Below, piece after piece: positions 31,379 to 39,008 of a DNA stretch of 40,798 nucleotides. The DNA is from a virus, in IMG/VR virus record IMGVR_UViG_3300045988_006413; one strand, given 5' to 3'. Both the position numbers and the translations under genes were made by a program. The notes beneath the pieces were generated by a model. It was not told where the DNA came from. It worked only from the letters and a program-made list of their open reading frames with translations, and searched no databases. Every line of letters starts with the position of its first letter. Position 1 is the first letter of the stretch.

Positions 31379-31756
31379 TCACTCCTTCATGCAGAGAAAT
31401 TCCTTGCCGTCTGCCGTCAGCATGGTCTTGGTCGTGCCGGACGGCACAAAACCATAGTTATCATTCCAGCTTCCGTCCGCGCCCTGTGCGTAGAGGGAGA
31501 TTCGATATTCTCCGTCACCGCTCAAGAGAAAATCGTCGTAGACCTCAAAGGTTCGCTCCGTCCCCGCCGGGGTCTGGGAAAAGGACGCAATGAGCGCCCC
31601 TTTCCCTCGCCCCCAGTCCTCGCCGGTTTTCGTCGCGCGGCATTCAAAGGCCGTGTAGGCGATGTCCGACGAGAACTTGACGGTGATGGAATCGAAACCG
31701 GAGACTGCCGAAATCTTATTCCCCGTGATGGTGAACGTCAGTCCCGGCGCGGCCAT
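31379..31756 (-). CDS. Fibre-block gene: Ig-like domain protein, 125 aa (paralogous to the second domain of 31756..32418)
   Basis: ISAVSGFDSITVKFSSDIAYTAFECRAT parallels ISKVSGFDTCAFSFTCDVDFEEYTVRVV in the neighbouring gene. TAATG stop-start overlap. Confidence 0.6.
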   Translation of the reverse strand: MAAPGLTFTITGNKISAVSGFDSITVKFSSDIAYTAFECRATKTGEDWGRGKGALIASFSQTPAGTERTFEVYDDFLLSGDGEYRISLYAQGADGSWNDNYGFVPSGTTKTMLTADGKEFLCMKE

Positions 31757-32418
31757 TATGCCACGCTCCAAGTCCCGGCGGCGTTCTTGACAAAGACCTT
31801 GATGATCTTTGTGCCGTCGCCGGAGGATGCCGTCGCAAGGTCGACGCCCTTGATGGTGACATCAATCGCCGTGGCCTTCTTGTAGCCGCCAGCCGTGCCG
31901 CTGGTGTTGCTGGAACCGCCAGTGGTCGGGATCTGCGTACCGGCGTCGTGGAGGCTGCTGGTGCTCGGCACAACACGCACCGTGTATTCCTCGAAGTCCA
32001 CGTCGCAGGTGAAGGAGAACGCGCAGGTGTCGAAGCCGGAGACTTTGGAGATCCTGGTCTTGTCGGGGCCAGTGATCGTTATCACCGGAACTGCCGTGTT
32101 GACCGTGATAGACGCTGTGACCGCAGCCGTTTCGTTTCCGACGTCATCCCGCACCTTGATATGCACGGTTTTCAGGCCATCGCCTTCCGTCAGGACGATA
32201 GACTTGCTGGCCGCGAAGGTTTCCCACGATGCGTCCTCTTCCGTTGCTGCCGCCTTGATGCCCCAGAGCTTCATCTGGTAGCCGGTCTTGGTTTCATCCG
32301 TCAACGTGATCGTTGCGGTGACGGTGTTGCTGGTTGCATACGTCGCACCGCTGTTGAGCTTTAAGGCAAGCCCAGCCGGTGCCAGCGTATCAAGAATTAG
32401 ATTGAAAAAACTTGCCAT
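31756..32418 (-). CDS. Fibre-block gene: two-domain Ig-like/FN3-like protein, 220 aa
   Basis: Two beta-rich modules, each ending in a ..V.V.D..GN.. or ..IKVFVKNAAG.. pattern. Confidence 0.6.
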   Translation of the reverse strand: MASFFNLILDTLAPAGLALKLNSGATYATSNTVTATITLTDETKTGYQMKLWGIKAAATEEDASWETFAASKSIVLTEGDGLKTVHIKVRDDVGNETAAVTASITVNTAVPVITITGPDKTRISKVSGFDTCAFSFTCDVDFEEYTVRVVPSTSSLHDAGTQIPTTGGSSNTSGTAGGYKKATAIDVTIKGVDLATASSGDGTKIIKVFVKNAAGTWSVA

Positions 32419-32421
32419 AGG

Positions 32422-32565
32422 TTATGCCCCTTTCTTTTCGTTCAGTTCGATGTATAAATATCCGCCCGGGCGGGTATAGATGGGTTCTTCGCCGATGCAG
32501 GCATTCTTGATGCCCATCTCACCGACAAACAACTCCTTTAGCTGTTCTTCTCCGACTGTGATCAT
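32422..32565 (-). CDS. Micro-ORF, 47 aa (below ORF-track cutoff)
   Basis: Read by hand: MITVGEEQLKELFVGEMGIKNACIGEEPIYTRPGGYLYIELNEKKGA. Fills the 32419..32569 gap. Confidence 0.5.
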   Translation of the reverse strand: MITVGEEQLKELFVGEMGIKNACIGEEPIYTRPGGYLYIELNEKKGA

Positions 32566-32569
32566 TCCG

Positions 32570-32755
32570 TCACCCCCGAATCAGATACAGTGTCTTTGCA
32601 TCCTTGACGGCCAGTGCGTCATATTCTGCCCGGTCGAGGACTACAATGGTGTTGATCTGCGCGGATGAGACGTTGCCGCCGCCTGATACCGGAACCGTTT
32701 TAGCCTGTTCGACTTTTAACCTTACCGGTTCACCTTTCACTTTCAGTCGGATCAT
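32570..32755 (-). CDS. Small fibre-associated protein, 61 aa
   Basis: C-terminal LDRAEYDALAVKDAKTLYLI is a motif common in phage fibre proteins. ATGA overlap. Confidence 0.5.
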   Translation of the reverse strand: MIRLKVKGEPVRLKVEQAKTVPVSGGGNVSSAQINTIVVLDRAEYDALAVKDAKTLYLIRG

Positions 32756-33072
32756 TGGTACCCCTCCGTTTTCAGGAGGTCTTCCACGTCAACCTCAAGT
32801 TTTTCTGAATAGTCCGGTGTGCCATTTTCCCTTGTAAATGCGAATTGTACCATGCACGGCGGAGATTTCAGGCCATTCACAATTTTCTTTGGTGTCAGCT
32901 GCATTGCATCCTCAAACGGGATGCGGACAACCATCGTTTTTTCGTCAACAATTTCAGGGGTGTACTGGAAAAACTTATTCGCCTGACGGACGTAGAACTC
33001 TGGTTTCGAAATCGTTGTGAGATCGACACCATCGACAGTCACGGCCAAATCATTCCTGATCTTGGATTTCAT
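32752..33072 (-). CDS. Hypothetical beta-rich protein, 106 aa
   Basis: Start at MKSKIRND with SD GGAGGTG. Overlaps the portal 3' end by 23 nt. Confidence 0.55.
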   Translation of the reverse strand: MKSKIRNDLAVTVDGVDLTTISKPEFYVRQANKFFQYTPEIVDEKTMVVRIPFEDAMQLTPKKIVNGLKSPPCMVQFAFTRENGTPDYSEKLEVDVEDLLKTEGYQ

Positions 33073-34420
33073 CGTTGCCACCTCCGTCGTCAAAGTCTTC
33101 TCTGGAAATATCCGCGTTTTCTCTTCGCTGCATGATCTGCTCAACCTCCTCCGGCGTCAACCACGGCAGCTTGTTCAGAATGGTTTCATCATCCAGATAT
33201 GCCGCCGCCATGAGAACCATCTGTGTTTCCTCGAGCTGGTTAACGATCTTCGACCGGACGAAGGACGGCTCATCATCAATTCCGACGATCTCAAAGAGTA
33301 GGTGCAGGAAATCCCGCACACAATATTCAAACTGATCAACCTTGTTGTCCATCGGCTGATATGCCGCGCGAATCTCCGTCGCTGTTTTTTGTCCGCCCTG
33401 AAGCGATTTCACATCGAGCATTTGCGCATCGCGGTATAGATCGTCACTTAGGCGATTCAAAAGTGATTCTCGCGCGTCGACCGGAACTGTCAGCGTGTGG
33501 GCGTCAACCTTTGCCCCATCTTCATCGACCATCGCAACGCCGAGCTTGCGCATGGAATCCTTAAACTTCGCCATATCGATTTCATCCATGCCGCCAGCAT
33601 TGGAGATCGTCCAATAAATAATAGACGCTTCATCCACGGTGTTTGCAAATCCGGAAGAAATGAGATCATAACAGTCAATTTTCTCCCGCATGCCGACAAG
33701 CTCAGACTGTTTCGCGCGATTCGCATACATCGGGATGACCGGGAATCCGGGATAGTTCCGGTATTCCATAATCTCCGTCCCATCGACCACCGAGGACGCC
33801 ACAACCGCCACATAGCCGCGCTTCGGCTTGAGCACTTCCATCTGCTTCCCCTTCCGGCGGATGTACTGCGTGAATCCATCGACTTCAAAAAGCGTCGCAC
33901 GGAGCGGTTTATCACTGGACACCTGCCACCATCGGATTCCCGCGCGTAAAGCGCCGGTTTCCTCGTCGAGCAGCGGCACAAACTCGAGCGCTGTAAACGT
34001 TTCAAGGTGGTCGAGATTCCAAAATCCATAGGCAACGCCACCGACGATGGAATCATGTCCGATGTCCTGAAGTCGATTGTCAAACGTTGGCCCGAGCCGT
34101 TCCTTGTGGCTTGCATCTTTCAGCGTTACTCCATTCCCGAGCAAATATTGCGTCTCCTGCGTGGCAAACGCCGAAAAGAAATTGCTGCGGAGCTTATAGT
34201 TTGCGGAATAATTGTCCGGTATCGCCTGCCCGGACAGCGTATAAAGGAGCTTCTGATAGTTCATGATTGTCACGTTTCTGTGCTCATCATATTCCCGAGC
34301 TGTCAGTGCCGTCTTATACAAGTCCGTTGCTTTGTACGAATCAATCGCCGATATCACAAAATCCATCCGCGCCTGTTCGCCCTTTTCGGCGATCTCTAAA
34401 AAATCCTGATATGTTTTCAT
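33050..34420 (-). CDS. Portal protein (SPP1 Gp6-like)
   Basis: 456 aa immediately after TerL, with a portal-typical acidic C-terminus. N-terminal MKTYQDFLEIAEKG...IMNYQKLLYT pattern. Confidence 0.8.
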   Translation of the reverse strand: MKTYQDFLEIAEKGEQARMDFVISAIDSYKATDLYKTALTAREYDEHRNVTIMNYQKLLYTLSGQAIPDNYSANYKLRSNFFSAFATQETQYLLGNGVTLKDASHKERLGPTFDNRLQDIGHDSIVGGVAYGFWNLDHLETFTALEFVPLLDEETGALRAGIRWWQVSSDKPLRATLFEVDGFTQYIRRKGKQMEVLKPKRGYVAVVASSVVDGTEIMEYRNYPGFPVIPMYANRAKQSELVGMREKIDCYDLISSGFANTVDEASIIYWTISNAGGMDEIDMAKFKDSMRKLGVAMVDEDGAKVDAHTLTVPVDARESLLNRLSDDLYRDAQMLDVKSLQGGQKTATEIRAAYQPMDNKVDQFEYCVRDFLHLLFEIVGIDDEPSFVRSKIVNQLEETQMVLMAAAYLDDETILNKLPWLTPEEVEQIMQRRENADISREDFDDGGGNDEIQDQE

Positions 34421-34428
34421 TTCTCACC

Positions 34429-35697
34429 TCATAACGCTAAATCCGGAATCCATTCATGCGGCTTAAACGCCCGCCGCAGAACCGTCATGGCAAAATAGCG
34501 TGTTTCGTCCATCGCGTGGTCGTTCTCTTTGACGGGTTTGTCGTTGTCCTGCTTCTCGTCCCAGCGGTATAGGCCGAACTCTCGGATTGTAGCGGCGCAC
34601 CGACGATGGATTATGATTTTCCCGTTAAGCAGATAATCAGCCACACAGCGGATTCCGTTTGCAACATCGTTGTTCGCTTGCCGCACCTTGAACCCGCTGC
34701 GCCGCCGTAGCGCCTCGATAAACGACGCCGCAGACGGGTCAACAATAACCGCAGAAATGGCGCGTGCGCCCGCCAGCGCCGCCACCATATCACAATATTC
34801 CTCGTCCGTTTTCTGCTTCTTCAGCTCGCGCCCGTTGTAATAGACCTCATTCACACGGACGGCACGACCATTCCCAACACGCCACAGGCCAGCAGAAAAG
34901 GGATTCATGGTGCCATAGTCGATGGAGATGTACCACTCGCCGCTGTCCGGTTCCTCGTCCGTGATACACTGCTCTCCGAACATGGGATAGATCAAACCCT
35001 CCGCAATGCACCGCTCACCGAGGATGTCCCGGCGATACCAAATACTGCCCGTGTCATACTGCGCTTCAATTTCCGCCAACCGCTGCGGCGTGATCGTCGC
35101 ATTGTCCCGGATGGTGAAATGCTGGTAGTTGTACCGCGCGCCCATGCTCTCTGGGAATTTATCGATGTAGTGCTCATATATCCAGTGGCCGGGTGCCGAT
35201 GGGTTCAAATCCCAGAACACCCGCCGAACCCGCGCCGCGAGCTGCCGGTTGAACGCTTCCTTGATTGTATCCTCATGGTGAAGGTTGATCTCGGTTGCAA
35301 TCCACATCCCATAGGAGTTGCCGCGAATCTTCTTGAAGCTGTCCGCTTTCGCACCGCCCGCGAATATCACGACGTAATCCCGCTTATGTGAGCGGATAAC
35401 CAGTGCTTCATTGCCCTTATACTTCGTCCACCGGCAGCGGCCACGGAAAAGATACTCCAATCCGTAGCCGTTCGCGTCCCCGATGTTCAGTTTCGCGTTT
35501 GCCGCTGTGGAACCTGTCGCAAGGTGGATGCGGTCAGGCGTCCCTTTCTCGATCAAATAGGCAAATGCCGCAATGTTGTCGATGGTCTTACCGGCCCGGA
35601 CGGCGCCCTCCGCTACGGAAATCGTCGCCCGCGTCGCCGCCGCGATATATGCCTTATGCTTCTCGCCGAACGCCGGATGAAGCGTCTGCGTAATCAT
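34429..35697 (-). CDS. terL: Terminase large subunit (PBSX/SPP1-like, headful type)
   Basis: Start at MITQTL (ATGA overlap with the TerS stop). Walker A VAEGAVRAGKT and a C-terminal nuclease region. Confidence 0.85.
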   Translation of the reverse strand: MITQTLHPAFGEKHKAYIAAATRATISVAEGAVRAGKTIDNIAAFAYLIEKGTPDRIHLATGSTAANAKLNIGDANGYGLEYLFRGRCRWTKYKGNEALVIRSHKRDYVVIFAGGAKADSFKKIRGNSYGMWIATEINLHHEDTIKEAFNRQLAARVRRVFWDLNPSAPGHWIYEHYIDKFPESMGARYNYQHFTIRDNATITPQRLAEIEAQYDTGSIWYRRDILGERCIAEGLIYPMFGEQCITDEEPDSGEWYISIDYGTMNPFSAGLWRVGNGRAVRVNEVYYNGRELKKQKTDEEYCDMVAALAGARAISAVIVDPSAASFIEALRRRSGFKVRQANNDVANGIRCVADYLLNGKIIIHRRCAATIREFGLYRWDEKQDNDKPVKENDHAMDETRYFAMTVLRRAFKPHEWIPDLAL

Positions 35698-36032
35698 TTG
35701 ATGCCCGCCTCCGCCAAATACGCGGCAGTGTCCTCCATATCGACCGATTCCTCCGGGTTGTCCTTCTGGCCTAGATACTGCTTCCCGAGCCAGATTGCCA
35801 TGTTTGCATTTTTCTCCGCCAGTCTCCACTGGCTTCTTCTGAGCGATATTTTCCCGGCTCCACGCTTTTGTTTGAAAACTTCGTAAAAACCAGCACCATA
35901 GGTACGTTTGCACCATGCCTCAAGCGTTTTATCTGCTACACCGAACCAGCCGCAGATTTCCTCAAGCGTGCATTGCAGGCCGCATAGATTCTCGAACTGC
36001 TTTTGATCTATCTCCTTTTTCGGCCTTGCCAT
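35694..36032 (-). CDS. terS: Terminase small subunit
   Basis: 112 aa with N-terminal HTH-like QFENLCGLQCTLEEICGWFGV and RRSQWRLAEKNANMAIWLGKQYLGQ. Strong SD AAAGGAGGG. Coupled to TerL. Confidence 0.7.
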   Translation of the reverse strand: MARPKKEIDQKQFENLCGLQCTLEEICGWFGVADKTLEAWCKRTYGAGFYEVFKQKRGAGKISLRRSQWRLAEKNANMAIWLGKQYLGQKDNPEESVDMEDTAAYLAEAGIK

Positions 36033-36138
36033 ATACGCCCTCCTTTCTTCGCTGGCGTTTGATGAATTTCTCCATATCCCGCTTTAAGTACGGGCTGTTT
36101 GTCTTATCAATGATCGCCTGCGCTTCTTCAATCGTCAT
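35962..36138 (-). CDS. Possible 58-aa ORF bridging the methyltransferase and TerS genes
   Basis: MTIEEAQAIIDKTNSPYLKRDMEKFIKRQRRKEG... covers the 36033..36127 gap. It overlaps TerS by 71 nt and has a weak SD. Confidence 0.3.
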   Translation of the reverse strand: MTIEEAQAIIDKTNSPYLKRDMEKFIKRQRRKEGVYGKAEKGDRSKAVRESMRPAMHA

Positions 36139-36805
36139 GGAGCAATACCGCCTTTTCTCCTGTGAATTTCTCCCACCGATCAATAATGACATCGGCATAC
36201 TTCGGATCAAACTCCATGCAATATGCGTGTCTCCCGTTCTGCTCTGCTGCCATGATCGTTGTGCCAGAACCAGCAAACAGGTCAAGAACATTCTCGCCCG
36301 GTTTACTCGAGCACTGCATCTGATAGTCAAACAGCTTAATCGGTTTCATGGTCGGATGCTCTGCCGATCTCACCGGCTTATCAAAATTGAGAACAGTGGT
36401 CTGCTTTCGGTTTTTGAAGAAGTAATGCTTATGGCCTTCCGTCCATCCATACAAGCACGGCTCGTGCTCGTCTTCTTCAATCTCGCTCTCGCCATAGAGA
36501 CAAGGTTCATGCTTCCATTGGTAATCCTGCCGCCCCATGACCATGCTGTTTTTTACCCAAATCAAGCACTGCCTTACTCGGAGCATTGCGTCTCTGCACG
36601 CCCCACGGAAGTTATACCCTTCGCTATCGGCGTGCCAGATGTAGAACGGAGCACCCGGCTTCATTACCATTGCCGCATTTGAGAATGCATCTGTGAGGAA
36701 CCGTCTAAAAGCTGAATCCTCCATGTTATCGTTTATAATCTTGCCAGCGGTTCCCTTGTAGTCCACATTGTAGGGAGGGTCAGTGAGCAGCAAGTCCATC
36801 TGCAC
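36128..36805 (-). CDS. N6-adenine/N4-cytosine DNA methyltransferase domain (DPPY type), 3' part of a split ParB-methyltransferase gene
   Basis: LLLTDPPYNVDY catalytic motif near the N-terminus and LDLFAGSGTT SAM-binding motif near the C-terminus. In the -1 frame relative to 36733..37320. Confidence 0.8.
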   Translation of the reverse strand: MQMDLLLTDPPYNVDYKGTAGKIINDNMEDSAFRRFLTDAFSNAAMVMKPGAPFYIWHADSEGYNFRGACRDAMLRVRQCLIWVKNSMVMGRQDYQWKHEPCLYGESEIEEDEHEPCLYGWTEGHKHYFFKNRKQTTVLNFDKPVRSAEHPTMKPIKLFDYQMQCSSKPGENVLDLFAGSGTTIMAAEQNGRHAYCMEFDPKYADVIIDRWEKFTGEKAVLLHDD

Positions 36806-37320
36806 CCCCCTACGAGCTTTTGTACGTCCGTCAAGGACGTACTATCTCCGCACATCAAGCGATGGTTCCCGAGTTGGTACACATCACCAATCTTGCTTTT
36901 TGGCTCCGCAGGAAGAACAGGATTATAGTCATCCTCAATAACAGAGTGGTTTAGCTCGTCGCGAAGTCCCCAGTCAAAGTCAAAAGCCGACAGGTCAAGT
37001 CCAGACAGCTCCTCGGCCAGCAAATCAAAATCCCAATCGCTCTCGTTGCTCTTGTTGTCCACCAGCCGGAGGGCGTTCACTTGTTCCGGCGTCAAATCGT
37101 CCATACTGACACACGGCGCCTCGTCCATGCCGAGCTTCTTTGCAGCCAGCGCGCGGCAGTGGCCGATGATAATCACATCGTCGCGGTCTACCACAATCGG
37201 CTGCACAAATCCATACTGCCGGATGCTCTCTGCCACATTAGCGATTTGCTTTTCGTCGTGCTTTTTCGCGTTCCCCGGATATGGGGTGAGTTCAGATAAT
37301 TTCCTGTTTTGTACGTTCAT
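36733..37320 (-). CDS. ParB N-terminal (ParB/Srx) domain protein, 5' part of a split ParB-methyltransferase gene
   Basis: Start at MNVQNRKLSELTPYPGNAKKH with SD GGAAGGAG. Sequence ..IVVDRDDVIIIGHCRALAAKKLG.. The last 19 codons (CRWTCCSLTL...) look out of frame. Confidence 0.75.
   Translation of the reverse strand: MNVQNRKLSELTPYPGNAKKHDEKQIANVAESIRQYGFVQPIVVDRDDVIIIGHCRALAAKKLGMDEAPCVSMDDLTPEQVNALRLVDNKSNESDWDFDLLAEELSGLDLSAFDFDWGLRDELNHSVIEDDYNPVLPAEPKSKIGDVYQLGNHRLMCGDSTSLTDVQKLVGGCRWTCCSLTLPTMWTTREPLARL
36805..36810 (-). other. G6 homopolymer at the ParB/methyltransferase frame junction
   Basis: Minus strand reads GTA GGG GGG TGC AGA TGG. One extra G, or a -1 slip, gives ..LVGGVQMDLLLTDPPY.. 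in one frame. Confidence 0.85.
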
Positions 37321-37442
37321 TGTTTCTCCTTCCTCTTCCTTCTCCTTGGAGCTACCCGCCAAACTCCAAATATCCCGCATAAAGCACACCAAATACAAAA
37401 AGGAGGTTCCGCAGATTCCGCTGCGTAGCCGGTGAAGGAAGA

Positions 37443-37473
37443 AACCGTAGGGGGTCGGCAAGCCCCTACGGTT
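37443..37473 (-). terminator. Strong intrinsic terminator between the early-right genes and the late operon
   Basis: 11-bp perfect stem AACCGTAGGGG / CCCCTACGGTT with an 8-9 nt loop, followed on the minus strand by TCTTCCTT. Confidence 0.7.
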
Positions 37474-37495
37474 ACATTATCGCATATATTCTTCT

Positions 37496-37517
37496 CAAAA
37501 TGCCCACAATAGTGGGT
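37496..37517 (-). terminator. Short hairpin containing the shared 16-nt motif, directly after the XRE gene stop
   Basis: Minus strand reads CCCAC-TATT-GTGGG then CATTTTG. Motif gcccacaatagtgggt at 37502..37517. Confidence 0.5.
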
Positions 37518-37744
37518 TAAAGGAAATTTTGCCGCCCCAAAAGGTAGTCCGTTGACACTTCGAAGAAATCCGCGATCTGCGCGAGGGATGAGGCTGTCGG
37601 TTCGCGGTCTCCGCGTTCGTACTGGCTTATGACGTTTTTGGACATCCCGCAGCACTCGCTTAGTACCTTTCGTGAGATTCGGCGTCTCTCCCGAAGCCTT
37701 TTAAGCCTCGCAGGGAATACCGTGTTAATTTGTTGCTGCTCCAT
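37517..37744 (-). CDS. Small XRE-family HTH protein, 75 aa (Aca-like position)
   Basis: Start at MEQQQINT with SD GGAGGAAG. Sequence RLKRLRERRRISRKVLSECCGMSKNVISQYERG. Confidence 0.75.
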   Translation of the reverse strand: MEQQQINTVFPARLKRLRERRRISRKVLSECCGMSKNVISQYERGDREPTASSLAQIADFFEVSTDYLLGRQNFL

Positions 37745-37883
37745 CGACTTCCTCCACATCATCATCAAGCGAATCAAGCATTCGTTGTGCTCTTATGTGC
37801 AGGCCCTTTGCCTTGATGTAAACCGCGATCCCCAGCGCAGCCCACTCAATCAACACCAAGATATTTAGAATATCGATAATCAA
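37725..37883 (-). CDS. Small membrane protein, 52 aa (TTG start)
   Basis: TTG after GGAGGAG (7-nt spacer), with TTGA overlap with the upstream stop. Sequence IIDILNILVLIEWAALGIAVYI. The track ORF extends to 37919. Confidence 0.45.
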   Translation of the reverse strand: MIIDILNILVLIEWAALGIAVYIKAKGLHIRAQRMLDSLDDDVEEVDGAATN

Positions 37884-38011
37884 GTTATCTCTCCTCCGCT
37901 CTTCAAACATTCCTCGCATGGCAGCGGCCCGTTCTCATCCGAATCCAGAAACCGTTCATAGAGATCGCACCACCACGCGATGCAGAATTCACAGCTATTA
38001 CAGTTCTTCAT
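37880..38011 (-). CDS. Cys-rich micro-ORF, 43 aa (below ORF-track cutoff)
   Basis: Translated codon by codon: MKNCNSCEFCIAWWCDLYERFLDSDENGPLPCEECLKSGGEIT. Weak SD. Confidence 0.4.
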   Translation of the reverse strand: MKNCNSCEFCIAWWCDLYERFLDSDENGPLPCEECLKSGGEIT

Positions 38012-38258
38012 CGCCGTCACCATCTAATATTTCTTTGATTTTCTCTGCGTTGCCCTTGATAATGTCCATAACAATATCGCTTTGGATATGGTTGGCAAAC
38101 ACAGCTTTACAACTGGGCCCTGCGTTATAATACGTGGTAAAGGTTGTACCATCCGCCGCCATTGCAACGGCGCAAAGTGACGTAGGATGTATTTCCGGCA
38201 GTGTGCCCAGCGCTTCTTCCAGCCATGCGGAATATTCCTGCTTTGTAATATCTTCCAT
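37998..38258 (-). CDS. Hypothetical acidic protein, 86 aa
   Basis: ORF track entry. Its start overlaps the dUTPase stop by one base. Confidence 0.55.
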   Translation of the reverse strand: MEDITKQEYSAWLEEALGTLPEIHPTSLCAVAMAADGTTFTTYYNAGPSCKAVFANHIQSDIVMDIIKGNAEKIKEILDGDGDEEL

Positions 38259-38668
38259 TATCTCCCCGTGCTCCCGAACCCGCCGGTTCCTCTCTCGGTG
38301 TCTTCCAGAGAATCCACCACTTCCAACTCCGGCAGCAGACAGGGCAGGATCACAAGCTGAGAGATCTTATCGCCCTTCCGCACTCTATATGGCTTGTCCG
38401 AGTGGTTGTAGAGCTTGACCATGATGCTCCCTGTGTAACCAACGTCGATCACGCCCTCGCTGGTAATTCCGTACTTGACGTTCAGGCCGCTCTTGCTCTT
38501 GAGAAAACCGACCGTGTTTTTTGGAAGCTGGATATGTACCCCTGTATCAAACAATTCGCTGCTTATTGGGTAGATATAAACATCATCCGCCGAATAGAGG
38601 TCAAGACCCGCGTCGAACTCATGCGCCCGTGTCGGCATGATTGCCCACGGTTCCAAAACAATTTTCAT
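38258..38668 (-). CDS. dut: dUTP diphosphatase
   Basis: AHEFDAGLDLYS, GFLKSKSGL, GVIDVGYTG and C-terminal RGTGGFGSTG motifs. Confidence 0.9.
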   Translation of the reverse strand: MKIVLEPWAIMPTRAHEFDAGLDLYSADDVYIYPISSELFDTGVHIQLPKNTVGFLKSKSGLNVKYGITSEGVIDVGYTGSIMVKLYNHSDKPYRVRKGDKISQLVILPCLLPELEVVDSLEDTERGTGGFGSTGR

Positions 38669-39008
38669 AGCAGTTTTTCAATTCCTTTCTGACCGTATAG
38701 AGCGTCGTCTCCAGCTCCTTTACCTTCTCTTTCCAATTTCTATAATCTTCGATTTCCACTTCGGAGGTCGTCAATGGCATCGCGCACTTGTTGCACTTGT
38801 AATAGTGCCGCTGGATGACGACTTCTTCCCTCACTTTACACCTTGACGTTTGGTAGAATACCCCGCCACATTTGCAACAGATCATTTTTTTCTCCTTTTC
38901 ACTCGCCACTTTTACAGCCATAAAAAGCCGCACATATGCTTCTCTCCGCTCGTCCGTATTGATCGGAAGATACGGAGCCGTCAGCTTCCATGCCTCCATG
39001 TACGTCAT
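38619..39008 (-). CDS. Hypothetical zinc-ribbon/coiled-coil protein, 129 aa
   Basis: Start at MTYMEAWK (SD AGGAGGG, ATGA overlap). CCKCGG...CNKC. Overlaps the dut start by 50 nt. Confidence 0.5.
   Translation of the reverse strand: MTYMEAWKLTAPYLPINTDERREAYVRLFMAVKVASEKEKKMICCKCGGVFYQTSRCKVREEVVIQRHYYKCNKCAMPLTTSEVEIEDYRNWKEKVKELETTLYTVRKELKNCYENCFGTVGNHADTGA

Noticed and set aside
29333-32418. Diversity-generating retroelement targeting the fibre genes
   Set aside because: No reverse transcriptase ORF exists anywhere in the window, and I saw no template/variable repeat pair. The similarity between 31379..31756 and 31756..32418 is a diverged protein-domain duplication.
33490-34116. 208-aa minus-strand ORF inside the portal gene
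   Set aside because: Same strand but out of frame within the 456-aa portal ORF. Arg/Ser-rich translation, no SD.
35915-36682. 255-aa plus-strand ORF
   Set aside because: Antisense to the methyltransferase (clear DPPY and FAGSGTT motifs) and to TerS. No RBS.
36733-37320. ParB as part of a plasmid-like partition system (phage-plasmid)
   Set aside because: No ParA or parS-like repeats were seen. The ParB domain abuts a methyltransferase domain, as in the common ParB-MTase fusions, and an integrase plus attP are present.
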